Shown one piece after another: positions 16,757 through 25,438 of a stretch of 64,000 bases of DNA (positions within the stretch are counted from its first letter, which is position 1; every line of letters starts with the position of its first letter). The stretch is from an uncultured Pseudomonadota bacterium (GTDB lineage Bacteria; Myxococcota_A; UBA796; GCA-2862545): positions 1-64,000 of the forward strand of contig CAJXTB010000025.1 of assembly GCA_913061235.1 (NCBI GenBank), given 5' to 3'. Made by a program: the position numbers and the translations under genes. The notes under the pieces are model-generated. The model ran no database searches and was not told the origin of the DNA. It worked only from the letters and a program-made list of their open reading frames with translations.

Positions 16757-19461
16757 AGGCGTTCTCCATCCGTGCGCGGTGTGCGCAGTCGGCGCTGTAA
16801 GGGGTCTAGAGGGTCATCGTCGAGGTGCAGTCGCTCTCGCCTGGCGACTTCAGCGGCTCGCCGGGCGTGGCTTCGTGTGGGGTCGATGCGTAGGGCTTGA
16901 GAGAGCTGGGCGTATGCCAGGTCGTAGTCGCCTAATGACATTGCAGCGTAGCCCGCCTGTTCGAGCTGTTGTGCGACCGGTGTGGAGACGTCGTGCAGTC
17001 CAGGAACATTGATGTCCCACCAGCGTGCCTTCTCCAACATGGGCCAGGCTGTCCACTGCGGCAGACGTCGCTCAGCGTTGCCGAGCCAACACTCTGCCAG
17101 TGTGCGTGCGGCGACCTGACGGTTTGCACTGACCCATCGCGGGTCGTGCGCGCGGTAGGCTCGTGCCGCGTACCAGAGGTCTTCCGCCATGTCGCAGTCG
17201 CCCATCGATGCGGTGTCGGAGAGCATGCTCATGTGGTCGAGGGCCAGCGTCAGGATGTCTGCGGCCGGCCGAATCCAGATGACTCTTGGCCAGCGAATCT
17301 CGCCCTCAATGACGCGTGGGGAGTCGCTCTGAGCGCCTGACGACCAGCTCTGTACGGGCAGCACACCTGTGCGGTCGGTGACGAAGAAGCCAAGGTCGGG
17401 TTGGCCGCGCTCGACGTCGTCGGGGATGGGCACGGCGACTCGGCTGACAACAATGTCGCCTGGCGACCACCGCGAGGGCTCGTACCAGTCGTACCCTGGT
17501 GCGACGTCGAAGAGGACTTGTGTGCCGTCTTGCCAGACCAAGAAGCCAGTCACTCGAAAGTCGTCAGTGGCCGTCTCGATGCCCGACGCGCTTAGGGCGA
17601 CCTCTAGGAAGAGGCTACCTCCGATCTCACCTGTCTCCACCGGCGTACGCCATCCAATGATCTGGACTTCACTCGGAGCGCGAATGGTATCGGCATCGAG
17701 CGGTACTTCAGGGTCTACCGGCAATGCGAAGGTGGCTCCGCGACCGGTCTCCCAGGTGTCCGTCACCAGATGGCGCTTGGCAACGTGGTTGCCGGGATGT
17801 GAGCTCGAGCGACCGGCTGGGTAGGGCGGTAGCTCCAGGTACTGCTCTTCCCACTCTGGGTGTTGGCGAATCTTGAGCTTGCTCGCCCAGCCGCCGTGCA
17901 CGTGGGCAAAGTCGGGACGTCGCTCACTGAACAGGTACTCCTCTACGAAGTCGTGCTCGTAGTGGTTGTGGGCGATGGGGACGTCTACTAGGCCCGCAAT
18001 GTCCGACAGCTCATGGCCGGACCACCACATGATGCCGCCCATGTCCACGTCCAGCGTGACCACGTGGTCCATGTGTAGGCGTTCTTGCACACCCGCCATG
18101 TAGGACACCCGCTTCTTGATGCTGTACGGGCTGGTCTCTGGCCTTTGGGCGAACGTGTAGGTCCCGCGAATCCCAGAGGTGAGCGCCAGCAATGCCACCG
18201 CAGACATGGTGGTCACATACAGTGCGTCCCGCGCCCAACCGCGGAAGAAGCTGGCCAAGAACGTACCCAACTCAACGGTACCCACGGCGGTGAGGATGGC
18301 GATTGGAACGCTGATGAGCGACATCCAACGCCATGCTTTCATCCAGTCGCCGTCGGCATACATCGCAAAGAACAGTCCGAAACCGAGCAGGTGTAGACAC
18401 ACGCCGGTGACTGGATGGCTGAGCCCACGGCGCCCGACGATGGGCATGATGACCAGCGAGCTGACGAGCACCACCGCGAGGGCCGTCGTCCACGTACGCA
18501 TGTGCTCGCCTTCTTCACCGGTGCCACCCATCAGGTAGATGACGGCCAAGATGAACACGACCTGGGCGGTCACCAGCGGCGCCAAGAACCGGTTGCCGCG
18601 AAGCGTTGAGACGGCAGCCCACCACAGCGGAATGAGCCCGAGCTGCCACTGGCGCATGGACCAGCTGTAGACGTACGTCCATGACTTCTTGTCGAACTGC
18701 AACAGCTTGGTGTTCGCAACGCCCGATTTTGCGTAGTAGGTATTCGGAAGAGGCCAGGCGAAATACCACTGTCGCCAGATCTGATGCGCGCCAAAGGGAA
18801 CCCAGAAGGTGACCAGCCACGCCATCCATCGGCGGCCAAGCCACAAGGTCCATAGTCCAACCACCGCGGCGTAGGCGATACCCTCGGGCCGTGTCAGCGC
18901 AACGCCGGCCAGCGCGAGTGCACTCCACGGCCAGCGACCGTCTTCTTCCCGCACCATGCACCACAGACCGACTGCCAACAACGCGCTGAACAACGCGTTC
19001 TCCAGCCCGCTCGCTCCCCAGATGGCGAACTGCGGGTTTGCAGCCAGCACCAGCCCAGCAAGGACCGGTGCGACCGGGCCGTCTGGACGAATTCGACGGA
19101 CCAGGTCCACGACTACGGCCACTGTCAGCGCCGCTAGAACTGCGGCGAACACCTTGCTGCTGGTGAAGCTGGAGATGCCGACGACTTCAGGAATGGCCAG
19201 TAAGAAGGTCCACAGTGGGTTGCTGTATCCTTCGACCCGCTCCCCACCAGGGTAGGCCACGAGCCCGTATCCACCGGCGAGATTCCGAGCGAAGGTGAAG
19301 CTGATAGCGGCGTCTTCGATGTACCAGCGAACGAGCATGAGCTGGTGTACGACGGCACCGATGACGCTCACTACGCCCGCCACGAACACAGTCTGGTCCG
19401 TGCTGCGCAGTCCTTGCCACCATTGCCGGAGCCGTATCGTCACCCGTTTGCGTCCTCTCAC
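16753..19461 (-). CDS. GT-C fold membrane glycosyltransferase, paralog of the downstream gene
   Basis: 902 aa with the same architecture. WYIEDAAISFTFARNLAGGYG loop motif. C-terminal domain co-linear with the paralog (VDVPIAHNHYEHDFVEEY, HVHGGWASKLK). Stop overlaps the next start (translational coupling). Confidence 0.6.
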   Translation of the reverse strand: MRGRKRVTIRLRQWWQGLRSTDQTVFVAGVVSVIGAVVHQLMLVRWYIEDAAISFTFARNLAGGYGLVAYPGGERVEGYSNPLWTFLLAIPEVVGISSFTSSKVFAAVLAALTVAVVVDLVRRIRPDGPVAPVLAGLVLAANPQFAIWGASGLENALFSALLAVGLWCMVREEDGRWPWSALALAGVALTRPEGIAYAAVVGLWTLWLGRRWMAWLVTFWVPFGAHQIWRQWYFAWPLPNTYYAKSGVANTKLLQFDKKSWTYVYSWSMRQWQLGLIPLWWAAVSTLRGNRFLAPLVTAQVVFILAVIYLMGGTGEEGEHMRTWTTALAVVLVSSLVIMPIVGRRGLSHPVTGVCLHLLGFGLFFAMYADGDWMKAWRWMSLISVPIAILTAVGTVELGTFLASFFRGWARDALYVTTMSAVALLALTSGIRGTYTFAQRPETSPYSIKKRVSYMAGVQERLHMDHVVTLDVDMGGIMWWSGHELSDIAGLVDVPIAHNHYEHDFVEEYLFSERRPDFAHVHGGWASKLKIRQHPEWEEQYLELPPYPAGRSSSHPGNHVAKRHLVTDTWETGRGATFALPVDPEVPLDADTIRAPSEVQIIGWRTPVETGEIGGSLFLEVALSASGIETATDDFRVTGFLVWQDGTQVLFDVAPGYDWYEPSRWSPGDIVVSRVAVPIPDDVERGQPDLGFFVTDRTGVLPVQSWSSGAQSDSPRVIEGEIRWPRVIWIRPAADILTLALDHMSMLSDTASMGDCDMAEDLWYAARAYRAHDPRWVSANRQVAARTLAECWLGNAERRLPQWTAWPMLEKARWWDINVPGLHDVSTPVAQQLEQAGYAAMSLGDYDLAYAQLSQALRIDPTRSHARRAAEVARRERLHLDDDPLDPLQRRLRTPRTDGERL

Positions 19462-19585
19462 CTAGGCTCGCGGCCCTATCTCGGTGGCCGGGTTGTTTGG
19501 CGAACCACTGACTGCGGTGGACGTAGAATTTCCGCTCGCTGAGGTCTTCGACACGCTCGAGAGCATGCCGGACCTGCAGTCCACG

Positions 19586-19975
19586 TCAGTGCCGACGCGT
19601 TGACTTACCCGGTACCCGTCCAATGCGGGTGTTCTTGCCATTCGCGACGTTTCGCATGCGCTTACGGGCGCGAAGGACCATCTTCTTGCGGGTCTCTCGC
19701 CAGGCGTCATCAAGCGCACTCCACGAGTTCTCTGCCGCGGTGGGCTTGTTGAACAGGAAGAGTTTGGCTGCTTGTTGTGCCCGGTAAAGTGGTGTTCCGG
19801 GCTCAATCTCTACGCGGTCTTCCAGGAGCCCGACCAGACGTGCGGCGAGCTGTGGACGACGGGCGTCTAGGCACTCTGTAATGGCGGTCTCGAGCACACC
19901 GATGTCGTCACTGTCGGAGAGTTCCGAGACGAAGACATCTTCCGCGTGGGCGTTGCGCTCGGGAAGCTCGGCCAT
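19586..19975 (-). CDS. hypothetical protein with acidic N-terminus and strongly basic C-terminal tail, translationally coupled to pspA
   Basis: 129 aa. Start overlaps the pspA stop. C-terminus is RKKMVLRARKRMRNVANGKNTRIGRVPGKSTRRH. Confidence 0.5.
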   Translation of the reverse strand: MAELPERNAHAEDVFVSELSDSDDIGVLETAITECLDARRPQLAARLVGLLEDRVEIEPGTPLYRAQQAAKLFLFNKPTAAENSWSALDDAWRETRKKMVLRARKRMRNVANGKNTRIGRVPGKSTRRH

Positions 19976-20682
19976 CAGAGGTTCTTGCCGCCTTCTGCAG
20001 CAGCCGAACGAGCGGCCATCTGCTTCTTCATCTCTTCGAGCTGACCACGAGCCGAGCTGTTGGCGGCCTTTTCCTTGATCTTGGCCAACTTCGAGTCGAG
20101 GCTTCCACCCTGAATCTCGGTGCCAATGTCGGCTTCAGCCTGAAGCTTGTCGATGTGCGTCCGCACGTTGTCGAGAGCCTTGATGTCTGCGTCTGTGGAC
20201 AGACCGTCGAGGGTCTCTTGGATTCCAATACGCGCTTCGGCGTTGGCCTTCTTGGCCAGCATGGTCTCCTTCTCGCGCTTGAGCTTTCCGATCTCGGCCT
20301 GGAAGGCAATGAGACCGGACTTGGCGTCTTCGGCTTGGCCGCTCACCTTGGTCAGCTCGGCCGAGATGCCTTCGATCTGGCTCGTGAGCTCGTCTTTCTT
20401 CTGGATGAGCACCAGAGCCACTTCGTCTTCGCCGTCTTCCACGGCGATAGGCAGCTGCTGCATGATCTCCTTGAGCTGGCGCTCTTTGGTCTCCAGCTCG
20501 GTCGACAGCTTGTTGCGTAGGTACACAATCCCGCTGACGGCCTTCTTCAGCTCGCGGTGCTTCTTGACGCGCTCGTCAATAGCGGCTTCGTACACGGCCT
20601 CAGGGTTGCGGTTCTCGATGTCCGAGATCCACAAGCTCATGAAGCCCTTCCAGATGTTCCCGAGGCGGTCGAAAAAGCCCAT
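19975..20682 (-). CDS. pspA: PspA/IM30 (phage-shock protein A / Vipp1) family protein
   Basis: MGFFDRLGNIWKGFMS... N-terminus followed by about 220 aa of coiled-coil heptads. Length of 235 aa is typical for IM30. Confidence 0.85.
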   Translation of the reverse strand: MGFFDRLGNIWKGFMSLWISDIENRNPEAVYEAAIDERVKKHRELKKAVSGIVYLRNKLSTELETKERQLKEIMQQLPIAVEDGEDEVALVLIQKKDELTSQIEGISAELTKVSGQAEDAKSGLIAFQAEIGKLKREKETMLAKKANAEARIGIQETLDGLSTDADIKALDNVRTHIDKLQAEADIGTEIQGGSLDSKLAKIKEKAANSSARGQLEEMKKQMAARSAAAEGGKNL

Positions 20683-20881
20683 GCTTATGCTCCAAAATCA
20701 GTTGGGCATCCCTAGCCCCCGGTACACCCCGGGGCAAACCCATCGCTACCGGTACGCACGTGGTTGTCTCATCATTGCACTCGGATGTCGATGTGGGATC
20801 AACTTGGTGGCCGTCGTGCGGATTGGCGTAGGCACGGCGAACGGGTAAAACGCGAGCCTATATCTATGGGCGCGTTGGAAC

Positions 20882-23200
20882 ATGACGGACTTACCTGAAG
20901 AAACCAGTAGAGAAGACCTCATCCGTGCCACAATCGGTCATGGTGCGGTCTTGTGGACGGTCGTGCTGGTTGCCAAGACGATTCTCACCTTAGAACGTCA
21001 TGGACTCTCCAGTTTCTCATCTATTGGAAATATTGGCGAATACTTGTTCCGAGACGCTGTGGTGGCAACCGTCTGGACGGTCGTGGCCGTAGTGCTGATG
21101 GTTGGGTTCCGTGCTCACCGCTTCGTTCAGGCTGGCTTGCTTGGATCTGGCATCCTCGCGGCTCTATACACTGGCCTGAACATTGGCTTCTTCCGCTCCT
21201 TCTCGACCCCCCTGAATCGCGGGTTGCTCGGTATGGCGGGTGGCGAAGTCAATATGGGCGACTCGGCGCTTCAGTTCGTCACGGTGTCCAACTTGTGGCC
21301 CCTGGCCTTGGTGGTCGCGGCCGCGGTTCTTCCCCCACTAGTTGCTGCTCGGTTGCCTAAAATCTCGCTGGCTGGGCTGACGCTGGCTGCTCTTGCGTCC
21401 ATGATCACGTTCCTGTTCATTGGCCCCAACACGCGTCATCACGGGCCTCCCCTGGGACTCGACCGCAACGCCATCTGGGAAGCGACGCTGCTGCCTTTTC
21501 CGAAGGAAGTGGAGACCGGCGAGCGTCTGACCCTGGACATCTCGGCGCCGATTCCCCGCGGTTCCATCGTCAATCCTGGCTCACAACGTGAGGATTTGAG
21601 CCACCTGCACGGTGTCGCAGATGGCATGAACGTCGTGCTCGTCGTCTTAGAGTCGACCAGCGCGATGTACATCTCGGCGTACGGCGCAGACCCGGAACTC
21701 GACCCCATGCCGAACGTCTCGGCACTGGTCGACAACGCCTTGGTATTTGACGCTTGGTATGCACCCGTTCCGACCAGCATGAAGTGCATGTTCTCCTACT
21801 TGTGCTCCATGTACCCCTACCCGGATGCCATCGCGGAAAGTCAGCTAGCACCTGAAATTCCGTGCCATTCTCTACCCGAGGTTCTGTCGGAGACTGGCTT
21901 TAAGGGGTCATTCGTTACCTCGGCGAAGTTCACCTTCAATGACAAGACCCGCTTCCTTCGCAATCGCGGCTACAGCAGCCTGCGCGACGCCAACAATCTG
22001 GCTGGCGCGGACATGTTCTTCAGCAACAACTGGGGCCTGGCAGAAGACGCCGCTTTAGGCGAGATGAAGCGGTTCTTACATTCCCGCGGCACGAATGAAC
22101 GTTTCTTCCTGACCTATGTGCCGATTTTTCCACACCATCCCTACGTCATTCCGCCTGATGAACCACGGCGATTTGGCGACGACGACTTTGGTCGCTACCG
22201 GGACGGCTTGGCGTACACCGACCGCATTGTGGGTGAGCTGATTCAGACGCTGGAAGACAACGGCCAGCTCGACAACACCCTGGTGATGGTCATTGGCGAC
22301 CATGGTGAGCCGTTCAACCAGCACATGGGCAACCGGATGCACTCCAACGCCATTTACGAAGAGAATGTGCGGGTACCGGCGATGATCTACAACCGCGTAT
22401 TGTTCCCAGAAGAACGGCGTGTTGCGGCGACCGTCGACCACACCGCCTTGGCACCGACGCTGACCGATTTGCTCGGCATCGACCCGCCGGAACGGTGGCA
22501 AGGGTCGTCCGCGCTGTCAGGCGAACAGGACATGGCGCGGTTCTTCACCGACTACTCGTTTTTGCTTCTCGGCGTCCGTGACGGCAAGTACAAGTACATC
22601 TACAACCTCGCTACTGAGACCGATGAGCTGTTTGACCTGAACGAAGACCCGTTCGAGCAGTTCAATATCGCCGATGAAGAACCGGTTCTCGTCGACGCCT
22701 ACCGAGAACATGTTGTGTACGCGTACCATCGGCAGATTGGCGTGTTTGAAGACTACGACGCCTACCTGGCGGGCACTGTCGCGATGCCCGAGTACACGCC
22801 GCTTGAGAACGTCCCGCCTACCTTCACGCGGATTGGCTGGGGCAAGCTGCGGCCGGACTTGAGTGTAGGCGTCACGCCACTGAACATCGCAGGTGTTGGC
22901 TACTCCGATGGTCTAGGAACCCACGCCCCAGGACGTGTTCGCTACCACCTTGCTGGCCGGTACGAAAAGCTGGAAGGCGGCGTAGGCCGAGACTTCCGTG
23001 CTTGGGAAGGCGCCGCAGAAGCAGAGATTTGGGTGGATGACGTCCGCGTCTTTGCATCGGGCGTACTGACTCGACATGTTCCCGCTGTGACCTTCGAGAT
23101 TGACCTGACGGGTGCCCAAGACATGGAGTTGGTGTTCCTAGATGGCGGCGACACTAGCAAGGGCGACCATGTGGACTGGGTAGACGTCCGACTGCGATAG
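20882..23200 (+). CDS. LtaS/MdoB-like membrane sulfatase-superfamily transferase fused to a C-terminal NPCBM/NEW2 carbohydrate-binding-like domain
   Basis: N-terminal multi-TM region. Sulfatase core NVVLVVLESTSAMYISAYG (Thr/Ser nucleophile region) and MVIGDHGEPFNQH. C-terminal ~150 aa include GWGKLRPDLSVG...GDHVDWVDVRL, typical of NPCBM. Confidence 0.7.
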   Translation: MTDLPEETSREDLIRATIGHGAVLWTVVLVAKTILTLERHGLSSFSSIGNIGEYLFRDAVVATVWTVVAVVLMVGFRAHRFVQAGLLGSGILAALYTGLNIGFFRSFSTPLNRGLLGMAGGEVNMGDSALQFVTVSNLWPLALVVAAAVLPPLVAARLPKISLAGLTLAALASMITFLFIGPNTRHHGPPLGLDRNAIWEATLLPFPKEVETGERLTLDISAPIPRGSIVNPGSQREDLSHLHGVADGMNVVLVVLESTSAMYISAYGADPELDPMPNVSALVDNALVFDAWYAPVPTSMKCMFSYLCSMYPYPDAIAESQLAPEIPCHSLPEVLSETGFKGSFVTSAKFTFNDKTRFLRNRGYSSLRDANNLAGADMFFSNNWGLAEDAALGEMKRFLHSRGTNERFFLTYVPIFPHHPYVIPPDEPRRFGDDDFGRYRDGLAYTDRIVGELIQTLEDNGQLDNTLVMVIGDHGEPFNQHMGNRMHSNAIYEENVRVPAMIYNRVLFPEERRVAATVDHTALAPTLTDLLGIDPPERWQGSSALSGEQDMARFFTDYSFLLLGVRDGKYKYIYNLATETDELFDLNEDPFEQFNIADEEPVLVDAYREHVVYAYHRQIGVFEDYDAYLAGTVAMPEYTPLENVPPTFTRIGWGKLRPDLSVGVTPLNIAGVGYSDGLGTHAPGRVRYHLAGRYEKLEGGVGRDFRAWEGAAEAEIWVDDVRVFASGVLTRHVPAVTFEIDLTGAQDMELVFLDGGDTSKGDHVDWVDVRLR

Positions 23201-23283
23201 TTTGTGGTGAAAAGCAGGTGACATGAACCTGGGTGCCGTGCACATGTAGAATGGCCGGACAATCTACTTTGTAGAGGTGTTTT

Positions 23284-23832
23284 GTGACTCGACGCTATGT
23301 GTTGTCCCTTTCCGCGCTCGTCTTTGGCGCGATGGCCTGTGGCAGCTCCGATACGGAGGACGGCACGGACGGAACGGGGATGGACACGGACTCGGAGGGA
23401 ACGGAGATGGACACCGACTCGGACACTGTGGAGGCTGATGTAGATCCGTTGATTGGTGATTGGGATGCCACACAGGTCACCATCGATGAAACAACCACTG
23501 TGTTGCCCTTCGAGGAGGTCACCGAAGATGGAACTGATTCGTTTACCTCCACTCAAACACTCGCTCTACAGGTAACGCCGGAGGACGCATCAATGGTGCT
23601 CACGTCGCTAGCGACGGATGCCGATGATGAGCCCGTTGTCGAGGAGAGCTACACGTCAGTCTCCTCCGGATTGTGGTTCACGGGCACGGAGTCGTACGTC
23701 CTCACGCTCACGGACGAGGATATTGGCGACTTCACCCTGTCCTGCACACTGGATGTGGTCGAAGAGCTGACGTGCCTTTTTCAGTTCAACCAGATTCGCG
23801 CGACCTATCTGTTTGACCGCCGAGTCGAATAG
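23284..23832 (+). CDS. acidic lipoprotein, hypothetical (GTG start)
   Basis: Lipobox LVFGAMACGSS followed by a Thr/Asp/Glu-rich low-complexity region. 182 aa. Confidence 0.5.
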   Translation: MTRRYVLSLSALVFGAMACGSSDTEDGTDGTGMDTDSEGTEMDTDSDTVEADVDPLIGDWDATQVTIDETTTVLPFEEVTEDGTDSFTSTQTLALQVTPEDASMVLTSLATDADDEPVVEESYTSVSSGLWFTGTESYVLTLTDEDIGDFTLSCTLDVVEELTCLFQFNQIRATYLFDRRVE

Positions 23833-23936
23833 CTGGAACCTGCGTGAAGCCAGGTCGGTTTCAGACCGGTTCGACTTCGACGACGAGCGATGGACAATTC
23901 AGATAGAGTGCCGCGTCTAGTCCTCTCGGAGTCTTT

Positions 23937-25427
23937 ATGTCCCTGCTCCTTATTGCCCTCGCCCTTGCTGGTCCGCATGCCGACCAAGTGGAGCAGTTCG
24001 CCGGCCAGGACATCGTTGCCCAGCGTCCACTTCCTGCTCTTTTACCGGACGTCACGCCTGGGCCTGACCGCATGGTCTACGGGTATGAAGCCTACTGGAA
24101 CGCCGATCTCAACACCGTTCCCTGGGATGACCTGAGCCACCTCGCAGTGTTCTCGTCAGGCGTGACGACCTCCGGGAATCTGACCGAGACCTCTCGCTTC
24201 GACCGAGCCATTGACGCGGTGGCGATTGGGGCTGCATACGGCGTGAAGGTCCACCTGGTGGTCACCAACTTTACGACGTCGGAGCTCACCACGTTGCTCT
24301 CCAGTCCCTCGGCACGCTCGACTCTCATTGGCGAGCTGGTCGACGAGGTCGCACGGACTGGCGCTCACGGCGTGAACATCGACTTTGAGAGCATGCCGTC
24401 GTCACAGCGGGCGAACATGGTCACCTTTGTACGTGACCTGGATGCCGCCGTAGATGAGGTTGTTCTTGCGACACCGGCTGTAGATTGGTCCGGTGCCTGG
24501 GACTACGCAGCGCTTGCCGAGCACAGTCACCTGTTCATCATGGGCTATGGATATCACTGGTCTGGCAGTGACTATGCGGGGCCCGTCGATCCGCTGTTCG
24601 GCGGCGGAATCTGGAGTGCTTACAGCCTGGACTGGACCGCGCAAGACTACCTTGCCAAGGGAGCGGCCGCAGACAAAGTCATTCTTGGAATGCCGCTGTA
24701 CGGCAACAAGTGGCCTGTCAGCAGCACTGGCGTGCCGGCACCTACAACCGGTCGGGGCAGTGCGGTCATCTTCAGCACGGCATGGGCCAACGGTGCTGCA
24801 AACTCCGAAGGCTACGACGCCACATCCTTGAGTCACTACTACAATCTGGGGGGAGAGCAGGCGTGGTACGGCGACACACAGACCGTTCAAGAGCGTATTC
24901 AATATGCAGATACCGAAGGTCTGGGTGGCTTCGGCTTCTGGGCGCTTCACTACACCGGCAATGACACCGAATTCTGGGGCATGGTGCACGACGAAACGCA
25001 CATGCTCACGGATGATGACCCGAGCGACCCGGGTAGCGAAGGTGGTGAGGATGATGCTGGCCTCGTCGCCAATGCGGGTCGTCCGTTCTTGGCCTACGTC
25101 GGGGATACAGCCGTGATTGGTTCGGAGAATAGCCGCATTCCAGAGACCGGTGTCACGTACGAATGGACACAGGTGAGCGGCCCGACCGTTGGCCTCGCGA
25201 ACCCCGAGACTGCCGAGGTCTCCTTTGTCGTGACAGAGCCTGGGGTTGTGGCCCTTGAATTAGTGGTTGGCGATGGCACGAACATCAGTCGCCCTGACCC
25301 CACGTATGTGGTGGTGCTGGACCGCGACATCGGGGCTGCGTACCGCGGGTGTCAGACGATTCCGGCGCCACTCAGCGCATCACTGCTGTTGGGCGCGCTT
25401 GCGCTTGGCCTGCGTCGCCGTCGCTAG
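23937..25427 (+). CDS. GH18-family chitinase-like glycoside hydrolase with C-terminal PKD/Ig-like region and MYXO-CTERM sorting tail
   Basis: Signal peptide. GH18 core with HGVNIDFE (the D-x-E catalytic part of the DxxDxDxE motif is retained; the first two Asp are H and N) and FIMGYGYHW. C-terminus is GCQTIPAPLSASLLLGALALGLRRRR. Confidence 0.7.
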   Translation: MSLLLIALALAGPHADQVEQFAGQDIVAQRPLPALLPDVTPGPDRMVYGYEAYWNADLNTVPWDDLSHLAVFSSGVTTSGNLTETSRFDRAIDAVAIGAAYGVKVHLVVTNFTTSELTTLLSSPSARSTLIGELVDEVARTGAHGVNIDFESMPSSQRANMVTFVRDLDAAVDEVVLATPAVDWSGAWDYAALAEHSHLFIMGYGYHWSGSDYAGPVDPLFGGGIWSAYSLDWTAQDYLAKGAAADKVILGMPLYGNKWPVSSTGVPAPTTGRGSAVIFSTAWANGAANSEGYDATSLSHYYNLGGEQAWYGDTQTVQERIQYADTEGLGGFGFWALHYTGNDTEFWGMVHDETHMLTDDDPSDPGSEGGEDDAGLVANAGRPFLAYVGDTAVIGSENSRIPETGVTYEWTQVSGPTVGLANPETAEVSFVVTEPGVVALELVVGDGTNISRPDPTYVVVLDRDIGAAYRGCQTIPAPLSASLLLGALALGLRRRR

Positions 25428-25438
25428 ACGTCTGCTGC

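Noticed and set aside
15300-18100. WWFG motif in the GT-C C-terminal domains as an STT3/PglB-type WWDYG oligosaccharyltransferase signature
   Set aside because: This is a single short resemblance. The surrounding sequence and the N-terminal loop motifs fit ArnT/PMT-like GT-C better. The similarity is too weak to call an OST.
20683-20881. Sigma54 (-24/-12) promoter for pspA, by analogy to E. coli
   Set aside because: The only TGG...TTGCA-like pair (tggttgtctcatcattgca) is on the wrong strand and has the wrong spacing, 15 nt instead of 12. No GG-N10-GC element was found upstream of pspA on the minus strand.
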